Positions 26,510 to 38,750 of a stretch of DNA of 64,000 bases are shown one piece after another. The number at the start of each line of letters is the position of its first letter. Within the stretch, counting starts at the first letter, position 1. Made by a program: the position numbers and the translations under genes. The notes below the pieces were generated by a model. That model did no database searches, was not told where the DNA came from, and worked only from the letters and a program-made list of their open reading frames with translations. Origin of the DNA: Lama guanicoe (taxonomy: Eukaryota); the NCBI GenBank assembly GCA_013239625.1, contig MU054187.1, positions 10,623,231 through 10,687,230 on the forward strand, read 5' to 3'.

Positions 26510-27154
26510 GTGGAACTCAAATACCAGTGCTGGGCATAAAGTTCTCTCTCACTGATTTTGCCCATTGCTACTCATGCATTTGATAACCTGCCAATATTTT
26601 GAGGTCCTAAAAGGAGCTCTAAAACACCAGTCTGATGAGTTTTTATTTCAATTTCTAGTCTGATGATGATCCTAATATTCTGAGATTTATTTTGGTACAT
26701 TAAGCGTTCATATCTTAAAAATAATTTCACCTCATCAGAAATACTTGGTTAAATGTAACTTAAATGTGTCCTGTGTTCCTGGGTCATTCCCTCCATGGGT
26801 CAATTTCTGTTTAGTATTGAGCCAATAGGTGAGCAAACTCAACAGTAATTCTTTATAAATCACATTTAATTATTGCAGACCACTAGGATTCCATTCAGTG
26901 TATTAAAACAGTTGTTACCATACTGCATCCTGGTGACAGTTAAAAGCCAGTGTATCTTCAGGGAGAGTTTTGCTTCCAATCTGAGAACAGCTTGGTGGCT
27001 GAAAGAACCCAGCTAAGCAGTCTGTTTTAAATTAGGTTTTTGAGTATTGTTTTCATAATCTGACATTGTACAATAGATGAAAACTAGGTGATAGGCTTTT
27101 CAATAGTCATAAGAAAATTATTTCTTCAACTTTTAAATAATATTAATTACTATC

Positions 27155-27370
27155 AGTATCGATGAGCACTTACTCTTTGCAATGTACCCTCTGTCCTAAG
27201 CATTGTATTTGCATTAACTCATTGCACCTTCTTGGCAGCCTTGTGAAGTAGAAGCTAATGCCGTCCCCAGATTACAAAAGAGGAAACTGAGGCCCACACG
27301 AATTAGGCAGTCTCTCCAAGGCCACACAATACGTAATGGAGCCGGTGGCCACGTGAATCAGTGTTTTCTG
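27155..27370 (-). mobile_element. MIR SINE
   Basis: TGAGCACTTACT...TGCATTAACTCATT...TTACAAAAGAGGAAACTGAGGCCC...CTCTCCAAGGCCACACA. Confidence 0.75.
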
Positions 27371-27527
27371 AATGGGAGATTTTTTTTTTTGCAGTCCTAC
27401 CCATCCCAGTGTTCCGTACTTTTGTTTATTCATTTGTGTTTCAGAGGAAGTCGGTGAAACTTCTATGTCTTCATGCATCTAAATTTCGCTAACAATAAAT
27501 GATTATTTATTCTTTGGATTCTTACAG

Positions 27528-27594
27528 GGCATTCTACTTGGACAAGTCAAATTCACCACCAGACTCCACATCCAAGGCTGCCTATGTAGATAAG
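27528..27594 (+). CDS. PREX2: PREX2 coding exon (5th from last), phase 2 to 0: (R)[22 protein letters not shown]
   Basis: Acceptor TCTTTGGATTCTTACAG and donor AAG/GTAAAA. The 67 nt continue the frame from 5994 and into 27837. Confidence 0.95.
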
Positions 27595-27836
27595 GTAAAA
27601 AGAGACGCTTGCGTTTCATGACCCTTTGCCATTTACCTCCTTCATTTAATTTTTCTGGTGTTTTTCTTGAGCACTGTGCAGTTATAAACATTTGTAGTCT
27701 CCGATTCTGTTTTCTCCATCGTCAGACATATTAGAGTATTCATGACAAGTTGTAACCACAATGAACCGTATCCCATCTAAAAATATTTCTTCTCACTAAG
27801 CACGTTGAACTCCGTGTGCATCGTTTTTCTCGGCAG

Positions 27837-28027
27837 CTAATGAGGCCTCTCCATGTTCTGGATGAACTGTACCGGCTGGTGGCCTCGTTTATCCGATCCA
27901 AGCGCACGGCGGCCTGCGCGAACACGGCCTGCGGCGCCTCGGGGGTGGGGCTGCTGTCGGTGTCCTCGGAGCTGTGCAGCCGGCTGGGCGCCTGCCACGT
28001 CATCCTGTGCAACAGCGGCGTGCACAG
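27837..28027 (+). CDS. PREX2: PREX2 coding exon (4th from last), phase 0 to 2: [63 protein letters not shown](R)
   Basis: Acceptor CGTTTTTCTCGGCAG and donor AG/GTACGT; 191 nt. The peptide lies within ORF 27816..28073 and is recognised as the PREX2 IP4P domain. Confidence 0.97.
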
Positions 28028-28090
28028 GTACGTGCGTCCCCGCCCGCCCGCAGCTTCTCTCAGACCGCCTTGACGTTCGCGGGTTCTCGT
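27870..28090. other. Small intragenic CpG-island-like patch
   Basis: About 29 CpGs in about 220 bp (hand count), set in AT-rich, CpG-poor flanks. Confidence 0.8.
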
Positions 28091-29489
28091 GCTCACACTT
28101 GGCTCCAGGAGGTCATGACCGGAAACCTTCAAGGGACTCCCATGTGTTTGGAATCGGATTTTGGAAATTAGATAATTCTTGCACAGTGATTTCTGGCGTT
28201 AGGGCTTCTCTTTTCAGTGACTGGATGGAGTCCCACCTTTGTATCACTGTGGCCTGGAATCGTGTCACCCTTGTATTTATATCATAAGGTTTATACTTCA
28301 GGTACAGAATGGTGCATCCGTCTTAGTCACTGCAGGAACTTGCCTGGTAGGAGCTGGCAACTGGCTAAACAAAACTTTTGTTCAGTGGTTTGTGAATTTG
28401 ATGTCACCCAGATGTTGTGAATTCGATGCTGCCTTGCGTTACTCTCATCCCCCCCCTCCTCCTGGCAAAATCGTAGTCCAGGATCTCACACAGTCTGCTC
28501 TTCCTGAAAGTGTAAGGAGCAGTCTTAGACGTGCTCTACTCGGGTGGTTTAGCGTAAGCAGCAGTGCTCTGTCTGGGACAGCCCAGGCAGGCGCGTGGAT
28601 TCCTGCAGCTACATCAGCAAAACGCGAGTGGGGAACCCCCGGTCAGGTCCTTCTCCATGATCACTTGCTCCTCCTCTGTCACCTTTCCATTTTCACGGGG
28701 AAATGAAACCGTGTAGGTGGAAACAATAGCGCGGACTTTGATCTTCACTTTAATCTGAGTGGGCACAGAGTCTTTCGTCCCCAGTCATAGTCTCTTCTTA
28801 GTACCAGACCAGTTCGATTTTGAGAGGATGGTAGTTACCCTTTATTCAGATTTTCTTGGTACTTAACTTGTGCCAAGGGCTGCGGTTGGTGCTGTTGGCT
28901 GAGTAACGTCATAAAGTCGAGATGCTTGTGTTAGAGACATTGGGTGTGCACAACAAACAATGAAAATCATAACAAAATAATAATGAATAATTATATGACA
29001 GAATAACAAAAGCATAATTAAACTAAAAATAGCAAGTTACCTACACTACAAGAAAATGTACAATGGCCTAGGAAAGTTACAGCTGAAAAAAAAGATTCAG
29101 ATGGAATGTAGGTCTTTGAGATGGTTAGAACTTGCCATTGAGAAGGTGGTGTTTGAACCAGGTTTGAAGAGGCAGAAAGACAGAGAAAGACAGTTCAAGT
29201 CAGTAGATTCTTCTCTGTGAAATTCCATTTGACTCGATATGCCTGAATTCTAGTTCTCAACTTGACCCAGCACGTCCTTGCTTATCTGTTTGCCTAAAGG
29301 GAGCGTGACGTTTTTGTGGATGACACAATACACAGAATCTTCCCCTTTATTTTAATTGCTGTATACTTTGTGCCCTCTTGCAAGCGTGCTAACAGCTTAA
29401 TTGAAAATATCTTCTGTGACCAAATGAATAAAACATGATTTCATAATTTTTTCATTAGCAGAGAAATGTTCTCTCCCTCTGATCAATTC

Positions 29490-29930
29490 CTGTTCATTCA
29501 TTCTGTTCCCATTCGTTCATTCATTCATTATTCATTCACTCGGCACCTACGCAAGGAGCATCAGTTACATGCCAGCACTGTTCTAGTTGCCGGCGGATAC
29601 ACCATTGAAAAACCAAGCTCCCTACTCCCATGTAGTGTAAATCGTGCTGGAGGAAAACAGATGATAAAGTAAACAAATAAGTAGGTAATGTAGCAGGTGG
29701 AGTAAATACAGAATAGAACAGAGGTCAGAGGGGTGACAAGTTGGGAAGAAGGAATGGCGCCATCTGAGGAGGGGATTTTGTGAGAGACCTGTAGGAAACG
29801 GAGGAGCGAATTATGCAGGTGTCTTAGAGAAATGGCCTTCGATCATGGAAGTAGAGTGCAAAGTGGGCACCCAGGTGAGGGTGTGCGGCGTGTGTTCAGG
29901 GAACAGCATGGACCATTGTGGCCTCAGCAC
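29490..29930 (-). mobile_element. L2 LINE 3' remnant
   Basis: (TTCA)n-like tail, then CATGCCAGCACTGTTCTAGTTGC...GGCGTGTGTTCAGGGAACAGCA. Confidence 0.75.
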
Positions 29931-31199
29931 AGTGTCATCTCCATGATTAGTTGTGTTCTTCCTCTATCCTGCTGCAAGATCATAGTCATCTGAGGACTGT
30001 GAAAATTAAGGGGACACATCACACTTCAGACTACAAGCATGCTCTCTTATCTCCACATGAATTTACTGAACATTAATGCGGTTGAACCTGCCATTTAATC
30101 CTAGAATCATGACCAAGTTGTCCAACTTATTCTCTCATGTCCCGTGAGCAATTTTAGAATTTGACTAACGAGGGGTAGGAGAAATAGACTGACGTTCCAC
30201 AACTGTTTATAATGGCTGTGTTCGTTGATTGGTATGTTGGTATCAAAAGTAACATTCAAATTTCAAAGTTTTTTTTACTGTTTCCATTTCTACAATTCAA
30301 AATAAATATAACTTTAGTTAGTGCGTTTCAGAGACATTTACTGAGGTGTAAACACTAATGCCCTATGACAGGTGCTGAATTTAAGGTTAAAATTATTTGA
30401 AAAAGTACAGCTTTATTTTTCTATTATGCAGAATAAAATGGGAGTTAACATTATCTCTCATTTTTCTGCGAAGGCTGTGCTTTGACTTTTCATGGTGATA
30501 AAATATTTATGCTAATTTATGTTGGAATCAGAAATCTCGCAGGAGACAGTTCCTAAAATAATTCTTTAGTCGTTATAATGCAGACAGCTGGAGAGGACCT
30601 CAAGTGGGTTCACACCTGCACTTAACATTGAACGTGGAGGTATACCCTCGGTTCCGACAAAGGGGAGAAGTTCATAGTATAAATCAGAATAAATATTATG
30701 CAAAATATTTTTATCATTCGCTTTTAAAATTAAGATAAGAAGTGGTTACCAATATGATATCCACATTAAATAATGAATTTTCTGCCTTTTCTGATTTTAT
30801 TCACAAAAAAAAGGGAATCTGAAATACTTTGAAAGTATTGTTACACTGGTTTCATATTAAAGAAAAGAATGTGATTTTTCAGAATGAAAAGGCAGATTTA
30901 ATTAGCATTAATGTCTAGATGTGTTAACGCCAACCTGAATTAGATGGCAGAGCTGCACAGAGCAGTGAATGCAAGATGAGTAGGAATAGAATTCAGGATG
31001 AATTATTAACGTCTTTTCTGAGCATTTAGCCCGACTTTGTTTTTATTAAATCCTCTTTCCTGGGGTGATCCTATGTGTGCGTCACAAGTCTGCTGGTGAA
31101 TATTCCTGCCCGCATTCTCCTCGGCCATCCCCTTACATTAAGTATCTCCATTGCTACTGGGTAGTGGAAGAAAAAAACTGTCTCTTTTTAAGATCAGGA

Positions 31200-31990
31200 T
31201 TTTTGCCTTTTAAACAATATACATGTGATATTAAGAGATAGTTTGAAAAATGGAAAATTTCTAAAATTTCCTATCCTGACCTGCCTTCTTTCGTTTTCAT
31301 TTTGCATTATCTTCTTCACCTTCTATCAAACAACATACATCTGGACGTGGTTCTATTAGTACATATAGTTTAATAATAATAATCTGCTTTATTGTCATAG
31401 TATCTATCTATCTATTTTTGAAAATGTCCACATAGACTTTCCCTTGATCACTTTTACTTGCTACTTACTGTTCCAGCCAGTTGGCACACAGTTTACTAAA
31501 CTACCACTTTAGTGGTTTGTCTTTTCCCTCCACTGCACATAATGCAGAGAGACATCTTTATGTAGCTCTTCAAATTTCACTTCTATTTTCCATTAAGCTC
31601 AAGGAAAACAAAAGTATCCTCCAGATAGAATTACTGTGTCAAAGAGTTTAAACCTTTGGGGTTAATATATTTCTGTTTAGGTTCTCAGAAGGGTTATCCT
31701 CATGAACAACCTCTGGTGAGATGGATGGATGGTCGTGGGGCACTTTGACCTTGACGTTGTCCGCAGAGGGTGTGAGGACCCGATTATCTGTTGTCCGTCT
31801 CTCCTGGGCGTACAGTGATGTTTCCGTAGTGCTTTCGTTTGTACTGCTTTAACTAACAAATACAAACATTTGAGTATCTTTTGAATTTTCCTTCCTTCAA
31901 AGAGTCACTCTATATATTGTCACTATGTCTGCTTTACAGGCAAAATTATTTTTTGCCAAACTGAACGCTTGTAAAGCATTGAGTCAGTGA
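31200..31990 (-). mobile_element. Old L1ME-type remnant
   Basis: T-rich degenerate sequence with L1ME-like phrases (ATAATGCAGAGAGACATCTTTATGTAGCTC, CCAGATAGAATTACTGTGTCAAAGAGT). Weak call. Confidence 0.45.
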
Positions 31991-33787
31991 TGTGGTGTTT
32001 AAAGTTCTCTTTTGTGCTCATGCAGTGATTTTTCTGCCGGCCATCCAGAAGCGTACTGCAGGATTTCCAAATTTCCCTTTTATTCCTCCGGCAGCGTCGT
32101 TCTGTGCAGTGCGGCATTTCGTTTTGTTTTACTTATTTTCTCCCACCCCTGCTTAATGGCCAACTGTTTTCCTTTAACTGCTATAAATCAGCAAACTGCA
32201 AATGTTATTAGACCTAAGTGCATCCTGCTGCTTCTGAAAACAAAGGCGCCGTGGTCGTCCCACTGCGTGGCTCTGCTTCCTTCCAGTGGGAAAAAGCAGG
32301 TGGAAATTTCCAGAGGCTACCTGCAAGGATATATCAAAGAAATTTTTAGTGAGGGCAGGGAGTCTGGAATCACAGTTTTTCCCCCTGTGGACTGGTTCCA
32401 GGGAGAGTTTGTCCGTATACTCTTTGCATCTGTTAATAATGAGTTTTCAGTGGTGTCGGAGCCCTGGGATGGTCCTGCAGGAAGGCAGGTGATTGGAGCA
32501 CAGGCCTCCTATCTAGCTCACCCGTGTTGTCTTGGAGTGAAAAGCTTGAAGATGTGTACACATAGATTACCTTTTATCTTGTGAGGATGAATCTCTTCCG
32601 GGAAACAAAGCCCTGCATTAACTAACATACCCGGTGCTCAGCCCCCCAGTGGGCCATGTGGACAGCAGCGTCAGGAGGGGTCACGGGGTCAGGGATTCAG
32701 CAGCACCGGACACCATTTGGCACATTCTGTTCAGAACCTCACACAGGTTGAGAGAAGGGAACAGTGTGTGGCAAGGCCGGCCTGTTCTCATCATTAAAAA
32801 GCATGATGCTAATGAACATCAAACACTGAAGAGAAATATGAGTTACCGATTTGGTTAATGGAACAGTTTTTATTTCAAATGAAGATACACCGTATAGTGA
32901 TTCTTGGTTCTTATAAGCATCTTTTTAAAAAACATCTTTTTTTCAGTAACTATCAATTAATCTTAAAACCACTTTTGTTGGACCTTAAAGAACTCTTTCT
33001 TTGCAATATTTTATTTTGTCATCACTGTGACATCGAAGGACAAATTGACAAATAGGCCCAGATTAAGCAAGACAGAGTCTTACAAGAAGTGAAAACCCTG
33101 AAGGTAACCTGGCTGAGGCAGGCAGAGTCCTCCCAGGGCGGGTGGGGAAGCTGCATCTTTCTCCATCGTGCGACAGAACATCAAGTAGCAGTGGGTTACC
33201 TCTGGGGATTTCCATATGTAGGTTAGAGCCCAGGTATAAGACAGAAAGAAAAAGTAAATTACCACAATAAGCAAATGTAGGTTTGAAATGTATCCATTTA
33301 TTTTTTTGTACAAAAATGAGATTCAGTATTCAGTGGAGATACTTGTATTTTAAATCTCCAGAAAGATGGCTGAATAGAACAGAAGATACTGCTCACTTAT
33401 GATCTCGGGATACTGTATGTCCCCAGTAAGTCCTAAAATTATGCTCTTCTTATCAGGAATCTGAAACACATTCATCTAAAACACTTCTTTTAGGTAAGGG
33501 TAGTAGTTGCAATGACAGAGATGACGTTTGAAATTGTCTTAAATGTGGCTGCAGTTTTGATTATTTTTCTTGAACGGCTATAATTTGCTTGTGATCAATG
33601 GAACTGTTCTCATTTGTTTGATAGCTGATAAAATCATTAATGAATCAAAACAAAAAACCCAACAATGAAAATGTAAAATTGTGTACTAATCTTGAGAAGA
33701 GAAAAATAAAATGCTATAATGGGGCTCTGGGAGAAAGACAAAACATATCCTACTCATGGTATGAACATAAATCTTGATTACTCTTCC

Positions 33788-34180
33788 AGACTCATAGAAG
33801 CGGAGACTTAGAATTGTGGGTACCAGGGCCTGGGAGGAGGGGAAGAGGGGAGATGTTGGTCAAGAGGTAGAAAGCTGCAGTTGTGCAAGATGAATACATT
33901 CTGGAGATCTGAGCTCTGACATACAGCAAGGTGACTACACTTACCAATACTGTATCATACATTTGACATTTGCTAGGAGGGTAGAATCCTAAGTGTCTTC
34001 ACCACAAAAAAAAAAAAAAAAGAAAGAAAGAAAGAAGGAAAGAAAAGAAAAAGAAAATAGTAACTATGTGAGGTGGTGGATATGTTAATTAGTTTGATTG
34101 TGATGAATATTTGTAGATCACATCATCAAATTGTATACTTTAATTGTCAATTACGCCTCAGTAAATCTGGAGGAAAAAAG
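33788..34180 (+). mobile_element. L1MA/MB-type 3'UTR end with internal A/(AAAG)n expansion
   Basis: AGACTCATAGAAGCGGAGA...GGGGAGATGTTGGTCAAGAGGTAGAAAG...TCACCACAAAAAA...GTAACTATGTGAGGTGGTGGATATGTTAATTAG...TGTCAATTACGCCTCAGTAAATCTGG. Confidence 0.85.
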
Positions 34181-35379
34181 TAAACAGATTTTCAAATTAT
34201 ACTGAGTTGTAAAATAGACAAAAACAACTCCACAATTTATGCCAATTTAAACAACCAAGTAAGTAATGTAAGTTTATTCTCTTAAAATTATAGGAAGAAA
34301 TCTAATACTTCAAATAGGATAGAAGTTGTATTCTTTTACTTCTTTCCCATTATCTTTTCTAAGAGTTCTTTACCCTGAAGAGGCGGCTGGATTTGCATTT
34401 ATATATTTTTCTTGCCTAGATTTTTCTTTGTGATTGATGTGAATCTTGATAAATTAGCACATAAATTATTTTGAAATGTTCGTTTTTTTTTTAAAATGAG
34501 ATTACTGTGAAAGAAGACTGAAACACTAATTAGGAGAGTGACTTCTTACTGTGTTTTCTAGTTATGGTCTCCAGTAACCATGTGGTATTAGCCAGACAGT
34601 CTTTGATTTCACTATGTACAAGACGAGAGCTTGTACATTAACTACCCTCTATCATTAAAATTGGAAAATTCTAGGCACGTTAAACATGTCTTGATAAAAT
34701 AATCTAAATGCATAATTATTAGTTATAGTTTAGCTCTTTTTGCCAAACTCAATTTTACCGTTTGAGCATATTAGTAAAATTTAAGATTGAGTAAATCTTA
34801 TTTGTATTTAGCTATTTAAAAGTGATAAATGTAGAATCAACTTTAAAAAGTGTTTGAACAGGGTATGATTCTTCAAAGTTTATTTTAAATAAACTGAAGT
34901 TACTGTATTCCCTAAACCTGCAAAATTATATGGAAAGTAAAATAAAATTCCAGTCATTCTCTAGGGTATGTTCCTGAGGGCTTCAAGGCTAGTGATTTTA
35001 TAAGTACTCTAATAAATGTCATAAACCAAATTTTCTGTCCTCCAGAGGAGGGAAGAAATATGGGTATCTCACCAATGTAAACATTTCGTTTGCCTGCACT
35101 TTAAGAATGGTCTCTTTCCCTATGTGACCCTGGAGCAGGAGAGCAGGTGGTGTGGAGGAAGTGGAAGGAAGGAAGCAGCAATTTCTGCCTCTACAGTGTT
35201 AATTTTAAATTGGCGGTAGGTCATCTAACATCTTCAGGAGGAATCCCAAGGAGCGAGATTTAAATCCCGTTAAGCAGGAAGGATGTAAGGTAACACCCGT
35301 TATAGGTTTTAAAGCATGAATAGTGTTTGCTAGGTGACGGAAATGGAGAAGGATGGTGCAGGGTGAAGGAATAGTATGA

Positions 35380-35900
35380 AAATACAGTAGTGAGGTGTGA
35401 AGTAGCGTACGACGTGGGTGGAGGTCACAGTAAAGGGTGCAGTTTCTGGGCACTGAAATGGGAAGAAAGCAGTGCTGGGAGATGAAACTAGCAAGAAAGA
35501 AAGTGGAGAACAGACGGCCCTACCAGCTATGTTAAGAATTTGGGACCCCCTCTTGGAGCCCTAGGAAGCCTATGAAGGGTTTCCAGAAAAAGAATTACAT
35601 GATCAGATATTTGAACAAATATTTTAGAAATAAAGACCAGCACTATAGTCTGTGATGAGACAAGGTTGGAGGCAGGGAGACAGCCAGGATTTTTACGATA
35701 GTGCAGTGAGATGGTGAGACCAAAGCTATGGCATTGGCACAGGGGTTAAAGGGGAAAGGGCAGATGTAAAAGGTATGAAACAGTGGCAGAATCTCAAGGG
35801 GTGATGGAAAAACACTATTAAGAATTCTCTGGGGAACACACTTCAAGTGTTAGGAGCGGGGAAGAGGTATTCTGGGAAAAGGCACGGCAGTGGGAGAACA
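35380..35900 (-). mobile_element. L2 LINE remnant
   Basis: GGAAGCCTATGAAGGGTTT...ATGATCAGATATTTG...TTTTAGAAA...GGAGGCAGGGAGACAGCCAGGA are L2 body motifs. Confidence 0.6.
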
Positions 35901-38069
35901 GAATGGCAGCTGTGGACACTGAGGAACGATCACCAGGGAGCACGTGGAGAGTGTTCGTATTACCTGGTTCGCCACCGCCCCATCCTTTGTGCTCCCGAGG
36001 AGCTTGGAATAAAAACACTGAAGGATGTACTAGAAGGGAATGAAAAACATTCAAGCAAAACTCTATTCGGTATCTTGGATAAACAGTTGTAAGAGAAAAC
36101 AGTTATGGTATATTGTCAAAGAATTGGGGAGACAGGTGCAAATCATGCACTAACGCCTCGTAAGTGCTGGTGTCATCAAAGAGCCTACACAGAGTAGGGA
36201 CAAAAGTCAGAGAGCCAAGAGAAAAGATGGACTAGAGAGTGGGTGTTGGGGAACTTCAGGTAGCTGGCACAGGTACCCAACCTATTCAGTTACATTCCGC
36301 CCTCCTCCAAAAAAACCAAAACAGAAATGAAATAAATTGGTGAAAGGGTCCAGGCTGAAAAATTTAAAGTGCAGGGGAACAGATTTAAACCTGGTGGCTG
36401 TGGTAGTTAAGGTCCTGACTCATGCACAGATGTTTCATATTCATACACATCGTTAACATAGCGAATACCTTCTCCGGTGCTTAAGTGCTCGATTACCCAT
36501 CCCCGAAGGTCCGTGATGGCCTCTGTGCTAACCTCAGCAGTGAAACACGTCGAAGAAAAACACATCTTAATGTGCTTGAGTAGAAGGGAATGAGGGATTT
36601 GGAATGTCCTCATCTGGCAGTTGATTTTGTAAGCCTGGGTTTAAAGATATATACTGAGAAGTTTCTGAGAACGTATTGAAAGTTGCAATAGACAGTCCTA
36701 TTATCTTTAATGGGAATTTCATGGCTAATTCCCTGTGCAGTGCTGGAAATGTGCCCCTTAAAGGCAATTGCTTTTTTGCCTGAAGATGTATGGAGCGAGC
36801 GGAGTATTCAATTTGGCTCTGCTTCTGCCACCAGCATCTTGCTCCAGCTGTTCCCCACTGGGTCTCCATGCTGTTCCGTTCTTTCCACAGGGCTCTGCTC
36901 CACCAGGTCTCTTTGCTTTCTTTTCAAACACTCATTAACCCCTTATCTTCCAGCTCTCAGACTATGAAACACAGGAAACCAGTATAGTCATGGGAAGATT
37001 TCAGTACTGTCTGCTTGACGAGAGTCAAATAATAATGTTGAGATGATCAGTAACCACCCCCCTCCCCCAGAGGTTATTTCTGTAAAATACACTGCAAACT
37101 TGCCTGAATGATCACTAGCTTTTGGACTGCCACTCTGGTTAGACCGTCATTCAGATTCTCCTAAGGGAGAATGTACATATTTACTCTTTTATTATACGTG
37201 GCATATGTGTGTATACAAGATAAGTGGATTCTTTATTTTTTGAAAGCAAATAATTGTTTGCCCTTTTTTCATGTAGAAGTATTTATGTGTTTCATTTAAG
37301 ACGGTGCCTTCTCTGGGATGGAGAACAAGGACAGAGGGGTTGGGTTTTTGAAATCCCTGCTGACTTGTGGCAGTTTGCTCAAGCTTTTCATTTGTCATAA
37401 ACACATTGCTCAGGGTGACCAAGGTGGAATGGTTCAGCAGGTCGGCAGCAGGCCTTTCCGTGTTAATTTTGCAGATACTCTGCCTGTGGAAACCCAGAGC
37501 AGCCGCTTGGGAACTGACTTGCGTTTAACATCCTGCCTTAGCCTCTCTGGTGGACAATTCCTCCTCGGTGTGAGGCCATAAAAGGAAGCAGGGAAGACAA
37601 AACCCTGCAACATTCAACAATTAGTTTCTTCATTCGGGTACTTCCTTCTAGTTGTCAATAGACATTTCTCAGTGTCGCCCTGTACTCAGTAGTTAAAAGC
37701 AATTAGAAGCCAGAATAAATGAGATCACTGCAGGAATGAACCTGCCTTACACAGAATAGCACGTTTTATGTAGAAAAATGCAAATCCATAGCAGAGAAGG
37801 AACACCATCTTCCTTCAGTTTATTTTTACTACTTGCTTGCTTTACAATCAGTATAATTGTTTAGCATGCTTCAAATCTAGTTCCTTTTTAATTACAAACA
37901 CATTTCAGTATGAGGAGGTCTACGTTTATAATGAAGTGTTTTGGGCTGGCTGAATTAGTCTCTGCCAAAACAATGCATTTAACGTTTAAATGCTAGGACC
38001 AAGATTGGGATTGGTGAATTATGGGTGTGGGGAGCCAGAATTCTCTAAATGCTGTAATCTATGTAGTGC

Positions 38070-38300
38070 GATTTTGGTACAAGGGAAAGAACCCTGGATT
38101 TTGAATTAGAAAACTGGTTTTGAATCCTGTTACTTACTGTGTGACCATGATTTGATCACCTGGTCTCTCAGATGTTTATTGATGAAATGGAAATAAATAA
38201 TTTCTTTTTGAAAAAGATGGCGTGAAGATTAAGTGAGCAATATATGTGAACACCTCTACCATAGGACCTGGCAGTGGTGCATACTCAGTGTTTTCTGTCT
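38070..38300 (+). mobile_element. MIR SINE
   Basis: CTGGTTTTGAATCCTGTTACTTACTGTGTGACC...GAAATGGAAATAAATAA...GTGAAGATTAAGTGAG...CCTGGCAGTGGTGCATACTCAGTG. Confidence 0.75.
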
Positions 38301-38365
38301 CAGTCTGTGTTTCTAGTAGTGAATTCATATTCTTACTGTAAAGTTAGAAATATGAAATGCATCTG

Positions 38366-38472
38366 GGTTTTTTTTGTTTGTTTGTTTTTAATGGAGGTAC
38401 TGGGGATTGAATCCAGGACCTCATGCATACTAAGCATGTGTTCTACTATCGAACTATTTACCTCCACCCCTC
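38366..38472 (-). mobile_element. tRNA-derived camelid-type SINE
   Basis: T-rich tail plus ATGGAGGTACTGGGGATTGAATCCAGGACCTCATGCATACTAAGCATGTGTTCTACTATCGAACTAT, whose reverse complement carries Pol III A/B boxes. TSD AAATGCATCTG at 38355-38365 and 38474-38484. Confidence 0.88.
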
Positions 38473-38554
38473 AAAATGCATCTGTTTCAAATGACTAGAC
38501 CTTAGCTAATAAAATAGGGGAAACCTTGTATGTTAAAAACAAAAAACAAAAAAC

Positions 38555-38750
38555 AGTGGTAGCTAAGAGAGGAGATCTTAAATGTTCTCACCACAAAAAA
38601 AGAAGTGGTAATTATGTGACCTGATGGAGGTGTTAGCTAACTCTGTAGCAGGAATCATTTTGCAACACTGAAGTGTATCAAATCAACATGAACACCTTTA
38701 ACCTACACAATGCTGTATGTCAATTATATCTCAAGAAATCTGGAAAAATC
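38555..38750 (+). mobile_element. L1MA9-like 3' end fragment
   Basis: GCTAAGAGAGGAGATCTTAAATGTTCTCACCACAAAAAA...GGTAATTATGTGAC...TATGTCAATTATATCTCAAGAAATCTGGAAAAA. Confidence 0.82.

Noticed and set aside
27740..28706. Overlapping long ORFs in alternative frames and strands around the GC-rich exon
   Set aside because: Stop-codon depletion is explained by high local GC. Only the PREX2 frame has splice support.
32012..32584. 190-aa ORF, the longest in the track
   Set aside because: GTG start, no homology recognised, composition typical of non-coding DNA and no exon-like boundaries.
38385..38470. tRNA gene
   Set aside because: It has a T-rich tail, a TSD and mutated boxes, so it is a tRNA-derived SINE and not a cloverleaf tRNA.
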